A DNA stretch of 64,000 bases, filler included, from Dimargaris cristalligena (lineage: Eukaryota), in assembly GCA_003614675.1 (NCBI GenBank). It is 7 parts of 7 records of this genome, joined end to end, with 100 filler letters (N's around TTAATTAATTAA, not from the genome) between each part and the next. Parts side by side here need not be neighbours in the genome. Positions count along the whole stretch, not along the records: positions 46,807 to 56,005 come from ML003278.1; positions 56,106 to 64,000 come from ML003379.1; 5 more parts are not named here. One strand, given 5' to 3'. This document shows, piece by piece, positions 51,048-63,299 of this stretch; within the stretch, counting starts at the first letter, position 1, and every line of letters starts with the position of its first letter. The position numbers were made by a program, and so were the translations under genes. The notes below the pieces were generated by a model. That model had not been told where the DNA came from and did no database searches. It saw nothing but the letters and a program-made list of their open reading frames with translations.

Positions 51048-51677
51048 ATGGATTCCTACGATTCCCGTGAAGTCCCGCGTCTGTGGCGCGTTAACCGAAC
51101 CATCCACGAAATGATGAGCGATCGCGGGTACCTAGTGGGGCAGTCCGAACTGACCATGCCCCTGGAGCAATTCCAACAGGCCCATGCCCCGGGTGGCAAA
51201 GTGGACCGCACCACCCTTACGTTTCTGGTGCAAAAGCGGGATGACCCTAGCGACCAGATCTTCGTGTTCTTCCCCGACGACACTTCGCTGGGGGTGGCCC
51301 CTATCCGCAAGTATTGCGAGCGGATGATTAGCCAGAACGTCCAAAAAGGCGTCGTCATTTATGTGAAAAATCTGACTTCGGCCGCCGTCAAAATTATGGA
51401 CCAGATGCGGGACAAGTACCGGTTCGAGTTCTTTAAGGAGGCCGAATTGATGGTGAATATCACCCGTCACCGTTTGGTTCCCAAGCACGAAATCCTGACC
51501 CCCGAGGAGAAGCGTACGCTGCTCCACCGTTACCGGTTGAAGGAAACCCAACTACCCCGAATCCAGAACACGGATCCTGTCGCTCGGTACTACGGATTGG
51601 ACCGGGGCCAGGTCGTCAAGATCACACGAGCGAGTGAAACTGCTGGCCGTTACCTGACCTACCGTTTGTGTATGTAA
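51048..51677 (+). CDS. RPB5: RNA polymerases I, II and III subunit RPABC1, 209 aa
   Basis: RLWRVNRTIHEMMSDRGYLV, ELMVNITRHRLVPKHEIL, LKETQLPRIQNTDPVARYYG...VVKITRASETAGRYLTYR. Confidence 0.98.
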   Translation: MDSYDSREVPRLWRVNRTIHEMMSDRGYLVGQSELTMPLEQFQQAHAPGGKVDRTTLTFLVQKRDDPSDQIFVFFPDDTSLGVAPIRKYCERMISQNVQKGVVIYVKNLTSAAVKIMDQMRDKYRFEFFKEAELMVNITRHRLVPKHEILTPEEKRTLLHRYRLKETQLPRIQNTDPVARYYGLDRGQVVKITRASETAGRYLTYRLCM

Positions 51678-52227
51678 ACGCGGCCTGGAAAATACCCTTA
51701 ACCCAGTCGGGTTGAAACTGCTACGCGACTCTTTATTTTACTCATCTATATGATATATACTCCCGGAAAACCGTCGATAAAACCACTGAATCCTTTGTTA
51801 GTTATCTTGTGAATGGCCCAGGGGCATAAATATTTAACGCTTATAAGAGTTGCTAGTTAATGAGGTTATGCGAGGCATTATATAAATATAAGTTATATAT
51901 CATGAAAAAACCAGGCAAAAACGAGAGCATACTTTTCATCGTTGCTTTATCATTCAACATAGTAGTTGGTTTTATTTCATATACAGGCGACCGACCTGTC
52001 GGTCTGCTCAATACCCGCTATCTTTTTTTGGGCTTTTTGGATAGTTGCCGAGTGCCACCATGGTTTTCGCCGGCTCACAACTTGGAGGCTGTGTTTAAAT
52101 GGGAGATATACACAAAAACACTCCCTTACAAATGGGTTATCCATCTAATTATATTAATTCATTTATTGGGCAAACTAAGAGAATAAAAACGGCCTCTTAA
52201 TTACACTTCGTCTACTAGATATGGTTG

Positions 52228-53736
52228 CTAGAGACCAGAGTAAAAATTCTTTTTCTTCTTTAGATGATCCCTGGTGTCTTTCTTGACGGCGACTTTCTGT
52301 CTTTGACGACGGGGTTTCCTAGATGATTTCTTGGCATCACTGTCGCTGCTGTCGTCCAGGGAGTCGTTGGCCTTGTCGGCCTGGTCGGAATTCAATGGAG
52401 CGGCTTCCGGGGCGTCAGTGGACTCGGGTTTCGCTGGTTCATTATCCGTTGGTTCCGACGAGGGGGCTGGTTCGGTGGTGGATGTAGTCTCCTGGGGCTG
52501 ACTCTGCACCCGCTTTCTTTTCAGCTTCTGTTCCCGTTGCTGTCTAATTTGATGTCCGACCCGTTTGATAAGAATGGCCAGAATGTGGGGCGGGGGGGTT
52601 TTATTTCCCACCATTTCAAGGATACGCTTTCGAACTTCCTCTTCTTCCGTCTCAGTCAGCACAATATCCTCTAATTTAACTCTGGGAAGCGTGTCCGACT
52701 CCGTACTGGAGGGCTGCTTCGACTTTTTCTTGGGGGCAGTCGATTGCGCGTCGTCATCCGAGCCGAAATCGCCGTCGGAATCGGACTCGCTTACTTGGCC
52801 ATTGTCGGTAAACAAACTGGCAGTTCCCCAAAGTTTGACCGTGGTGTCGTGGGACATGCTGGCGAGGTAATGGCCCGTAGTCGAGAAGTCCAACTTTTCG
52901 ACGGGGAAGCGACCGTGGACACCCACCACCCCGATGAGTTTGTTGGGCTGGATACTGACCACCCGGATAATGCCGTCACTCGAGCCCGTGCACAGGGTGT
53001 CTTCGTCGATTTTAGCGAGAGTGTCGACGGATTCGGGGTGGCCCGGGAAACGGTCTACAATATCACCCCAGTCTCCCCATTTGAAGATGCCCAGGACTCC
53101 ACTCTGCATACCTACTACCGCCCGCGAGTTATCCTTAACGGCCATGACGGATAATAGGTCGTCGTCTTGATTTTCGGAAACGGCCAGGGGTTTGTCTTTA
53201 CGTAGATCAAGTACCGTCAATAAACCATCGGCCCCGGCCACCAGGAGGGTCCGTCTGGCCGCCGAGTAGCAGGAGTCCGTAATCAGGTCCGAGTGAATGT
53301 CACCGAATTCACGAACGACACGTGGGGAGCGGGTGTCCCACAGTTTAATACCACCAGCGTCGTCACCCGTCATTAGGTTGTGCTCGTCCATCACCCGGAT
53401 ATGGGACAGCGGTTCCTCATGGGCGTCGGTTTTCCGGAATACGACTTTGCCGGCCTGGTGAGTATCGAGGCTGGCCCAGCTTTTATCGCGGGAGGCCGTG
53501 TATAAGTACTGGCCGCTCGGGTGAAAGCCGAGACTGCGACAGGGTTTGGTATGCGGGCGGGTGGTGAACGCTAGGTCTGACGCAATGCCGCGCCGCAGGA
53601 TTTTTTCCCCGGAACCATTGTGGACCCGATGGGCGTAGATCTCGCCAGTGACGAGCCCTGTAGCGAGAATGGGTTCCTCTGGATGGAATTCCAGGGTCAG
53701 AGGCTGGTGCTGCAATTCGATACGGCCGCGACGCAT
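52228..53736 (-). CDS. WDR55: WD40 protein WDR55/Jip5 (ribosome biogenesis), 502 aa
   Basis: WD40 repeats with SENQDDDLLS, FKWGDWGDIVDRFPGHPESVD, TGSSDGIIRVV, YLASMSHD; acidic/basic tail ending KKNFYSGL. Confidence 0.9.
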   Translation of the reverse strand: MRRGRIELQHQPLTLEFHPEEPILATGLVTGEIYAHRVHNGSGEKILRRGIASDLAFTTRPHTKPCRSLGFHPSGQYLYTASRDKSWASLDTHQAGKVVFRKTDAHEEPLSHIRVMDEHNLMTGDDAGGIKLWDTRSPRVVREFGDIHSDLITDSCYSAARRTLLVAGADGLLTVLDLRKDKPLAVSENQDDDLLSVMAVKDNSRAVVGMQSGVLGIFKWGDWGDIVDRFPGHPESVDTLAKIDEDTLCTGSSDGIIRVVSIQPNKLIGVVGVHGRFPVEKLDFSTTGHYLASMSHDTTVKLWGTASLFTDNGQVSESDSDGDFGSDDDAQSTAPKKKSKQPSSTESDTLPRVKLEDIVLTETEEEEVRKRILEMVGNKTPPPHILAILIKRVGHQIRQQREQKLKRKRVQSQPQETTSTTEPAPSSEPTDNEPAKPESTDAPEAAPLNSDQADKANDSLDDSSDSDAKKSSRKPRRQRQKVAVKKDTRDHLKKKKNFYSGL

Positions 53737-54350
53737 GGTTAAGAATGTGAAATGGTTGGAAGGAATGCCAATCGACTAAGGGTTTATGACAGTCAAGGTT
53801 GGCACAATGGCACTAATAGGGAATGCTATATATTGTTAGGATAACGTCGTGAGCGGGTGGACTGTAGAATTCTTTTTGTGAAAATAAAATTTGAGCTGCT
53901 CATATATTTTTTTGGCTGAAGAGTAGGCCAATAGTGTTGGATAGGACAGCTATAGGGTTTTAGATTGTACCACAAATGCCCCGTATTTTCCTTGCCTGCC
54001 GACAGACCAGCTTAGGTTCCCTCCCATTGGGGTGGACCTGGGGGCCTCAGGAATTGTCTGAGAAACCCTGTGGGTAAGCGTTCCTGCGGTCTTCAAAACC
54101 AAACAGAGCCGCTGGCTGGAGTGGGCCTTCTCCATTGACTTTCAGGGCCAACTGGAATCGCCCGCATTCCCCTATGGAAGTCTGAGACTATGTTGGGCGG
54201 AACTGCCCCCAGTGCCCTCGATTCGTCCTAAAGCACCTCTCATTCGCAGAGATGCCATTGAATTATCTACCCCAACTGTTTCACTTACTGTGCACCTGCA
54301 CACTTCACTATTAGCATTAAAATTTTCTCCATCTAATTACTCGTTTCACC

Positions 54351-56005
54351 ATGATAGCGGCCAAGCGCAAGGGGTCGGCAAACTCCACTCCAACCCTGCC
54401 CAAGATGGACTTAGACGAGGATCCGCAGCACATCCTCTCCGACTGGATGACCCGCTATTCGATTCCCGAACTCCGCCGCATGACCCGAGCCCTGGAACAA
54501 GAGTCGGCCCAGCGGGGCGGCGACCTCCAGCAACTGGTGGGGGCTGAGTACCGGGATGTCATCGCCGCGGCCGATTCCATCGTGCGCCTTAACAACGATG
54601 CCACCTATATTGAAAATACCCTAGAACGTATTCGGGCCGTGGTGAATAATACGCGCAACACCCCTACCGTCTCCAAACACAGCTCACCCGTCCCACTAAG
54701 GGAGGCCGCACCTGGTTACTATTTCACAGCCGCCGCTGGACTCAAACTGCTAACTGACATTCCCGAGCTTCTATGGGGCGCTTTGGACCGGCACCACCTA
54801 CTCCCAGCCGCCATCCTGTACCTGTACGCCCACCAGCTCCACACCGTCCTGAGTGACATGGTTTCGCCCGACGGTCGGCCCCTCAGTGATCAATTTCCCC
54901 TAGTGCAACGCCAGTGGACTTTAATCAGTGCCTTCCGGGGTAAAATCCTGGAGCAGAGCCGGGACCTACTTCGGGGTGCCTTCGCCCCTCACGCCGCGTG
55001 TCCCACTGACCCACCTCGGCTCGCTGATGACACTTTCCTAGGAAAGCATGGGGGAAGTACCACCACCACCCGGAGAGGGGAGTTACCCCTCTTTGAGCTA
55101 CATGCCCTGTGTGCCCTGGGTCTGTTGGAGCAATGTTCGCTGGGGGAATTGCAGCGGCAATTTCTGGATGGTCGCCATGAAGCCATCACGACGGCCTGCC
55201 AACAGCTAATACCCATCGGTCCAGGGCTTCTTCACTCCCCCGCTCCCGAGTTCAATCAGGTGGCTAACACCGCGTTCGACCTGCTGGTGGATGCCCTACA
55301 CTGCTTTACATTGTTGTTCTCACCGGATCCTCAGGTTCGGGGCTTATGGGCCAAACACTTCAGTCCCCCCGCCGACTTAAGCTCCCCGTCTATTAGCCGC
55401 CCACCCACCTTTCGCGGACCCTCTTCTACTGGCCCCGATGCCAACCGCCCCCGTGCTAATACGGGCGTTCCTCTTTTTACCAGCCACCGGGTCGAGCCAA
55501 CCGGTATGGTATCAGATGTACTGAATTCCTTGGTACGTCCTCCCCATCCTTTGACCGGAGCGGAAGGCCACGGAGACAATCCTAGCATTATAAGGCGCAA
55601 AAGTTCGATTCGCCATCGAAGTGGATCGGTCCGCTCGGCAAATCCCGGTAGTTCACCGCTGGAGTCCGGTAATAATAGTGACTCGCCCCACTCGGATCCC
55701 ATTCGTCGCCTGGCCTACCTGATTGCATTCCCGGGTCTCCACTCCCGCTATTTGTCCGGCCCAGACCTTCCCTTATTTACCCTGGCCCAGCTGAGTCTGT
55801 CGGGCGGTGCCCTACCGGCGGCCACCCGGACCAACTCCACCTCCACCCGGAAGGCCTTCTCAAATAGGCTAAATAGGTCCAATGCCAGCAGCCCCAAACT
55901 GCCCAGCAGCCAGTCCCTAGTCTACAATCACCTACCCATGTCAGTGCTTACCTATATTCCGCCATGGATCCCCCCCAGTGTTGAGTCGCCTGCCCCTTTG
56001 GCTGA
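54351..56005 (+). CDS. COG1: Conserved oligomeric Golgi complex subunit 1 (Vps51-family N-terminus), 3' partial
   Basis: DLQQLVGAEYRDVIAAADSI, KLLTDIPELLWGALD, AAILYLYA, FPLVQRQW..ISAFRGKIL; frame runs into the linker. Confidence 0.85.
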
Positions 56006-56105
56006 NNNNNNNNNNNNNNNNNNNNNNNNNNNNNNNNNNNNNNNNNNNNTTAATTAATTAANNNNNNNNNNNNNNNNNNNNNNNNNNNNNNNNNNNNNNN
56101 NNNNN
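56006..56105. other. Artificial contig linker
   Basis: N44-TTAATTAATTAA-N44. Confidence 0.99.
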
Positions 56106-56106
56106 C

Positions 56107-56424
56107 CACGAAACCAAGTCCGAAGCCGAGAGTGGTACTAGCTCGTCTCCGCCCCCCGAAGAAGCCACACTAGACGAATACCAGAGCTTGTCCCGCGATG
56201 ATTTCGCCCTGGCCCTGTTACGCGGTATGAATTGGAAAGAGGGCGAAGCGATTGGGCGGGACCGCCATAAGGGAGCCGCGGTTATTCCGGATATTGAAGG
56301 GCGACCGCACCAGCTGGGACTAGGGGCCCGTCCGTTAAATAATCCACCACCCACTGGTGGAAGACCCCATCAGGGAAGGGGGAGATATATTCCAAAACCA
56401 ACCGGAACCCGCCCAAGCCGCTAA
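56107..56424 (+). CDS. SPP2: Spp2/GPKOW-type G-patch splicing factor, C-terminal part (5' partial)
   Basis: EATLDEYQSLSRDDFALALLRGMNWKEGEAIG...RPHQLGLGA matches the Spp2-type G-patch. Ends shortly after it with no KOW domains, as in yeast Spp2. Confidence 0.85.
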   Translation, partial: HETKSEAESGTSSSPPPEEATLDEYQSLSRDDFALALLRGMNWKEGEAIGRDRHKGAAVIPDIEGRPHQLGLGARPLNNPPPTGGRPHQGRGRYIPKPTGTRPSR

Positions 56425-56731
56425 CTATGACTTTACTCTGTAGTTAAGGTAAAATGCCAATAGTGAGTGTTTGGGTTATATAAACATCGCCATTCCCCGG
56501 AGCCCAACATTAATCTGTGTTTTATAGCGAAACTAGTCAATAGAAGGGGGTATGTTTAGTATTTATGTGCATGTGAATATCTTGGGAATGGTAGCGTACA
56601 ACGAAATATAAAAATAAAATAGAAGTCGAACTAAGGTAGCGACTGATAACCCGGTGTTAATAATAATTGGGGATTAGGTAGGATGGAGTGATATGGGAAC
56701 GGGACAACGTAAATTAAACCTGTCTATTTAT

Positions 56732-59700
56732 TTACTGCACCATTTTCTGCTTCAAGTATTCGTGCACGCGGAAGTTTAGTTGTTTCAATAGCGTTTTCAA
56801 GTTCCGGTTAGTTTTGTGGGAGTTGCCGATTAAGAATTGTTCAAACTGTCGCCGTAAAAGAGTCATACATTTCACGCCATCTGCCCGGGACCAGTGGGTA
56901 GCCGAAGGTGACGCCGGCCGGGTTCCCGCACCACTCATTGGCCTACCGGCGGTAGCGATACCATTTCCGAAGGGGTATTGGCCGGTAGTCCGCCGATTCA
57001 GCAGTTGCGGACCTACAATCTGGGGATTGAGTAAGAATTGGAACAGGTCGGTCCAGAGCGACACCTGCCAATACCGTTTGAGCGCCGCGTTGGTGGGCAT
57101 TACAAGCTGGAACGGGGCGGAATTAGGCGCCTGGGGGTCAATGAATTCGGATGGTTGCAGTTGGAGCCGTTCTAGATATTTGCCGAACAGTAAACCGTGG
57201 ACAATCCCAGCCAGACCCACATAGTCGAGTTGGAACACCCAATCCGGGGATGGGTCCCCGCCGCCACCCGAGCCAGCGGAATCCTCACTTGATCCTCCAC
57301 CATGATTACTACTACTACTAGGCCCACTGGCTTCCCGCCGTAACCGGCGAATCCGACTATAGATATCCAGGTTAGAGAATTCCCCCCGATCGGTTGGAAG
57401 CCCCGCCCCTCCACTTCCACCACTGCCCGACCGATTCCGGGATTTTGACCGGGATCCGGACCGGGACCGGGATCGATTGCCGCGGTCGGATCCAGCGAGA
57501 CGAGGGGAAGGTTGCCCACGAACTCGGGGGCCTTCACTGCCGCCGTTGCCACCCATGGTCAAGCCCGAACCGCCACTACCACCACCGGCGGACATGTAGT
57601 GTCGTTGAAAGACGGTGTGAAATTGACCACACTCTTGACTAGTGAGGGCCACCCCACCGCCCGTTCCCGGCCTACCCTCACCGGGACCACCACCCCCACC
57701 ATTGGGCCACCGGTCCGGCACGCACGTCAAATCGAGGGCCCGACCGAAATCAATGAGACAGATCCCCTTATCGCCCCACCCTTCTTTTCCGTGTGGCGAA
57801 TACTGGGCGTTCCAACGCTGGCCACCCACCGGTCCCAGGCCGGGTGTACCACCCATTGACCGGTACGGGGTGGCCAATTCCACGCCGGAGCCGTGACCAC
57901 CCAACGTACCACCCGTCCCCGGCCCTGCAGGTCCATCAAACCGCAGCATGGCGTTATCGAGTTTCAGGTCCGTGTGCACCAGGTTGGCTTCATGGAGGGC
58001 CTCCACGGTACGCAGAAGTTCCACCGTAAAATAAATGGCCAACATTTCGTCCAATCCGGGAGTGTCGACCCCGGATCCCCCACCACGGGCGGTGGCTAAG
58101 GCGTCAAACGCAGCGGGTGGTAATCCAGGTAACGACTGGGGATCGGCGCGCCAGGCGTTAATGGCATCGACCAAATTACCGTGTCCGTAGTAAGGGGTCA
58201 GCAAATACGTTTCGTCGCGGAAATGGTAGCAGCTGAGAGGGGCCACGAGGGAGGCGTTGAGGGGAGCGCTAACGCGCTGGCGGATTTGGTGCAAAATGTA
58301 AAACTCCCAAGGGGTACCTCCAGTTTCGACCTTCAGAGCCCGATAAATACTGCCGGCCCCGGGTGAAGTGGCAGTCCCTGAGCCCGAGGACTGGAGGTAC
58401 GAATGGGAGGATCCCATGGCCGTTCCGTGATCTCCCCAGTCCATGGCTTCTACTACCTGTAGGTCCGTCACCAAATACACTACCGCATCCCCCCCTTCCC
58501 CCAATTTGGTTTCGATCGTATACTGGTGGGGTCCTAAGTCGACCATACCCAAGGCCTGACCGAGCATTTCGGTGTTCATGCTCAAATCGTCTTGGTCGAA
58601 GCGGGTGCGCGTTAGGGTGACGGTGGCATCATCGCCACCATTCACACCGCCACCGCCGCCGCGCGCGAACCGCTTGCCCCGTTTACGACACAGCTTTTGG
58701 ATATATGCCGTTTGGTTGCACATTTCGGTAGGGTAACCGTGGAAGTCGGGTAAAGCGGGCAGAACCGAGCGCACCGCTTGAACTGCGCTGTCCACCCAAC
58801 TCGCCAGTGGGGTTGCGGCGGTGGGTGGATCCGTACTGGTGGTAGCCGTGATAGTAGTACCCGGGGCGGCGGTACGGGCCATAGGGGGTACGGAACCCTC
58901 AGCGCCCCCCGGGGGTCGTTGGAATTCGGCGCCCCAATCCATGGCGGATGGCGGATGGGGCCAGGTCGTATCTTCGGGGACATCCATACTATAGTCGAAT
59001 TCCGACAGATTAGCCCGGAATGAACCGGTCGAATCTGCCGACTGGACGGGCCTAATAGTTGACACGGTAGTTTCGTGGAAACTAGGGCCGGGTATTCCGT
59101 TACTGCCACCGTAGCCCAGGTGATCCAATGTGTCATCGCCGTCAAAGTCGGGCACGGAGCCTGAGCCCAAGCCTAAGGCTGAGCCCCTCCAACTGGACGA
59201 CGGGTAGGATGGCGGAGCATCCACTGATTTAGTGTGAATCACCTCGTCCCGAAAAATGGCAAAATGGGAGTGTTTGCGATTAAGTGGGGTCGGGTCCGGC
59301 TGGGGCCGGGTACTACTACTGGACCCAAAGGCATGGGCCGCTGATTTAGGTTGGAGTACACTGGCCGGGGTCCCGAAACCCCGGGCGGCGGAATGGGAGC
59401 CGCTGGTACCACTCGACCCCCCACCGCCGGGGGTCATGATGGACGATCGGCTAAACGCGGAAGGGGCCGAGGGGGTAGGTTGGGGAGTAGGCTGATCACA
59501 GAAAATGGCCATTTTCATCGGTTTGCTTTGGGAAGCAGGTGGTCCCCGAAAAGACGAGGACGCTGCGGTAGCGGCGGTGGCGGAATCAATTCCCTCGTCG
59601 TTATCGGATGACGACGATGACGAGCCGGTGGGGTAATGGAGGGGTGCGGCTTTACTTGCCCCAGCAAAAGGTCGGGCCGCCGATCTTAGCTGTGTCGCAT

Positions 59701-61328
59701 TTTCGTCGTTATAGTCCATGGGGTTAGAATGGGGGGTAAAAGCCACGCGGGCTGCTGGCCCGGGCCCAGATCGTGATGGGGAAACAGCTCCTCCATCCTC
59801 ACCACGGTCGTCATACAGAGCGTCATCTTCGGACTCGTCGCATTTTAGGGGCTGGTTCCAAATTTCAATCATTTCGGCTTCGGCCGCTTTAGTGTTGATT
59901 GTCGGTGATGATACTAGCTTCGGGGCCGGTTTAGCTTGGGCATTCTGAGCTAGGGCGGATGCCGAGGTCCGGCGCGCAAACGGAGTTCGGTCATCAGTAT
60001 CATCGTGTAGAGGTACTCGGTATTGGATCGGGGTTTGGTGGACCATAATTTTGCGGGTACTCGGTGGCATTTCTAAAATGTCGAGAGCGTCTAATTGAGC
60101 TGTAATATCATGATTGTCGTGAACCATCCGCGGAGGAAGGTCAGGGTGAGCAAACGAGGACTGGGGGCTGGCGGGGGGTAATTCCATCTCGGTATCCGAT
60201 TCATCCAAGTAGTAGGACCATTCGTAGCGTGCAAGACTGGCCCGGTATTCCTCAAGGGAAACTTCTTGGCCTTCGGGATAGAATAGGTCAGTATTGATGT
60301 ATAGGCGTTCGATTCGGGAGGAACTGGTCGGCTTGGCCACGGGAGGGGCTGTGAGAACAGGCGAAGCATGAGTCGAGCGATTCTGAGGTATCATCGACTG
60401 TTGGAGTACGGGAGAAGACTGTAGTGGTCCAAATATATTATAGAGATTAGTTGAAAAATACTAAAAACGCATGCGATGGACCTGTCGAGTAATAAACTAA
60501 TGGCCGAAAAATACAATGAGCTCGCGGAACATCACCATCAGCCTATAACCCATCTACCTACCGACCTAAATTAACTAGAATATGACTTACTTGGCTAGAA
60601 CTGGTACGGCCGGCTTGTTCTCCCTCGACCCGCTGGCAGAATTGAGCATAGCGGCGTAGCAACCGCTCCTTCGGCCTAGCCTCTCTTTGCACGCCTTCTT
60701 CGTATACAGACCGGGCTTCTTCCCACCGGCCCATCCGTTCCAAGACCTCAGCGTACTCTTCGTAATAAACCGCCAGGGCCTGCCCAATACTATGTTCCGC
60801 CATGTGTTGGAAAATGGCCAACGCTTTATCCAAACCGCCCTTCTCCGATGCGGGCAAATGCATCAAAAACCGACTGTACGTGGTACACATTTTAAGGAAC
60901 CGGGCGTCGGAGCGGTACCGACTGTCTTCTAGAAATAGGTCAAACGTTTCTTCAACGAGAGCGAACAGTCGGTCGAGCTGCTCGTCCGGGTCGACAAAGT
61001 GTTGCAGGCCCCATTGGAGACACCGGTAAAAAGGGTCTAGGGGGTCATCGTCAAGCTCGAAATTAACCTTTTGGATTTCGCTGACGTATTGGTTGAATTG
61101 GCGCTCGAGCTGCGCCCGGGGTAGGGCTCGGGGCGCCGTTACAGTAGCGGGTGAAATTGGGTTCGCCACGGCGGACTGGGGCGACACCAGCGGGGATTGG
61201 AAATGGGTTAAAGGGAGGGGCTGCGGCGGCGGCTGATGGGGAGCCTGTTTAGGGACCATGGGCCGCGGAGGCTTGGCACTCCAGTCTTCTGGTCGATAGT
61301 CCCGGGGATTGCCGTGCTTTCGGAGCAT
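56732..61328 (-). CDS. BUB1: Spindle checkpoint kinase Bub1; 2 exons (61328-60591, 60418-56732), about 1474 aa
   Basis: TPR domain (DDPLDPF, YRSDARFLK, IGQALAVYYEEYA, ARPKERL); phase-0 intron GTAAGT..CAG; GLEBS (EVSLEEYRA); CD1 (SPTINTKAA..EIWNQPL); ABBA-like MAIFCD and FAIFRDE; kinase LGEGG, ALKVE, HTDLKLDN, LIDFGRA. Confidence 0.94.
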
Positions 61329-61913
61329 AGTTGTAGCAAGGTCCGGCTAATCGGCTGGTTTAACAAGATTTCTGAAATAATAAAAGGGTTGTTGAGGTTA
61401 ATGGTTTGAATATAATACAAGCACACGAATCGCCGGAAACCATATCCCCTGGATTCAATAGGAGAATGTAATAAAACTAGTAGATGGCCAAGGGGTGAAG
61501 ACGGGACATTTGGTATACCTTAGAACTGGTCAGGGTTGGCCTTCAACTCACCACTCTTTTGTGTACAACAATCCAAACGTAAACAAACGAATGAACGGAC
61601 TTGAAACTCCACCCAATCCTTCCTTCGAGAAAAAAACCCCCGCCTAGATTTTTTTGGGTGAAATTCCAGGGGTGTAAAAAATAACACTGAAAAGCAGTAT
61701 ATAGGGGAAATTCGGCCTAACTGTAAAAGGTTAAGTGGCGTTCGAAAGGAAATATTCCCATTAGTAATGACAAGGGAATCGAATTTACTTAAGAACGAGG
61801 CCGGAGATGCCCCCGTTGATTGGGTGGGCTTCAAGGGAGCACATCTAATAGTGGCTGGGGATAGGTGACGGAGCCCTAGGGATGGGGGGCGGTGTGTCCA
61901 AGGAGACGGTGTG

Positions 61914-62066
61914 CTAGTGTCGTAGAGTTTCGAAAGGACCGGCGGCACGTTGGGCTAATTCAATCCGAGCTTCAAGGATGTCTTTCCCAACTGGAAACAG
62001 GGCCGGATGAGCCAAACTGGTAGAACCGAACCAAAGAATCGTAATGTAAGTACCGACTACTCTCAT
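61914..62066 (-). CDS. Possible small secreted peptide (50 aa) or truncated secreted-protein pseudogene
   Basis: AAA-ATG; signal-like MRVVGTYITILWFGSTSLA-HP; (TA)n TATA-like tract ~75 bp upstream. Confidence 0.35.
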   Translation of the reverse strand: MRVVGTYITILWFGSTSLAHPALFPVGKDILEARIELAQRAAGPFETLRH

Positions 62067-63299
62067 TTTGGTGAACAGATACTTCCTTATCGCGATGTGG
62101 GGTATTGAACAAGAACTGGGGCTACCATATACCGTGGCTGTATATATATATATATATATATGGAGTACGGTGTTTGACAGGCGAGGAAACGTCGAGGCGG
62201 GTTGAGGAACGGAATAATAGAGCGTATACGGCCTAGAACGATGGGGGGCCAGGGGGTGGGGGTTAAATATGATTGGAAAAGGTCTCGATCGTTGGCACAA
62301 TTAATCATTAGCCAGGCCACTAGCTTCAATCCGCGGGATAACTATTATCCCCCATCCATAGTTGGTTGGCTCATAACAGCATAATATTGTAAACGTCAAA
62401 TCCGCTTTAAACACCAGCTTGTCCATAATCGGCTGGGAATGGTGACCAGCGATGATAATCCAATATACGACCTTATGTGCCGAAGGCCTATCCATTCCTA
62501 TTTAGCGATGCCCATATAATGGGCGACAAGGTTTGCATTCCGAGTTGCTGTTATAAACGAGATTGAGCGAGTGTAGGATTATTCAAGAAGATAGCTTTAT
62601 TATAATTAGCGGCACCAATAGGATATGAAGATTAATGTAATGATTGTAGGGAATTAAAGTAAACGTATGGGAGTAATAGTCATCTGAGGACCCGTCTCTG
62701 GGTTGGCCAACTGTTCCTTTTTATACTGGGATAACTCAAGAACCATTTATGCGCATACAGCCTTCAGGATGAGTCGAGGGTAGTGGAGGAGAAGATACCA
62801 TCGGAGGTCCGGCTGGATGCCTGCCTATATGCACCATCTGCTTGTCGCCGGGCACATCTGGCGCCGCAACATTAACATGGCCGGGGACTGCCCTATTCCC
62901 TCTAGCTGCCTGATGTGCAACAAGTGTATATCACCACTCTTTCTTACATTCGTAATGTCGGTGATTCTATAACAGGCGAACATTCCGTAACTGGCTAGCG
63001 GCAGAAAGTAATGCCCGGTATTATGATTTGCCTTATCATTGAAACGCCTAATACGCCCAATTATAAATAATCGGATCACCAAGAAAGTGATCTTGCTTTG
63101 CCACTGATGTGCAAGAGGCTGCATTTCACCTGGAAGCAGTTGTAAATGGCCCATTTGATTAATGGATCATCGGGAAATAGTTATATTCATCTAATCCCTG
63201 CCATAACAGATCCTAAATGGTAATGTAAAAAAAATCGGACATTGATGTTCAATCACTTTATCTTTTAGTGTACCTAATATCTGCATTAATATCCACTAT

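Noticed and set aside
9274-56105. Regularly spaced TTAATTAATTAA palindromes about every 9.3 kb, and apparent gene neighbourhoods across them
   Set aside because: Artificial six-frame-stop linkers in N runs joining size-sorted contigs; no cross-linker clustering can be inferred.
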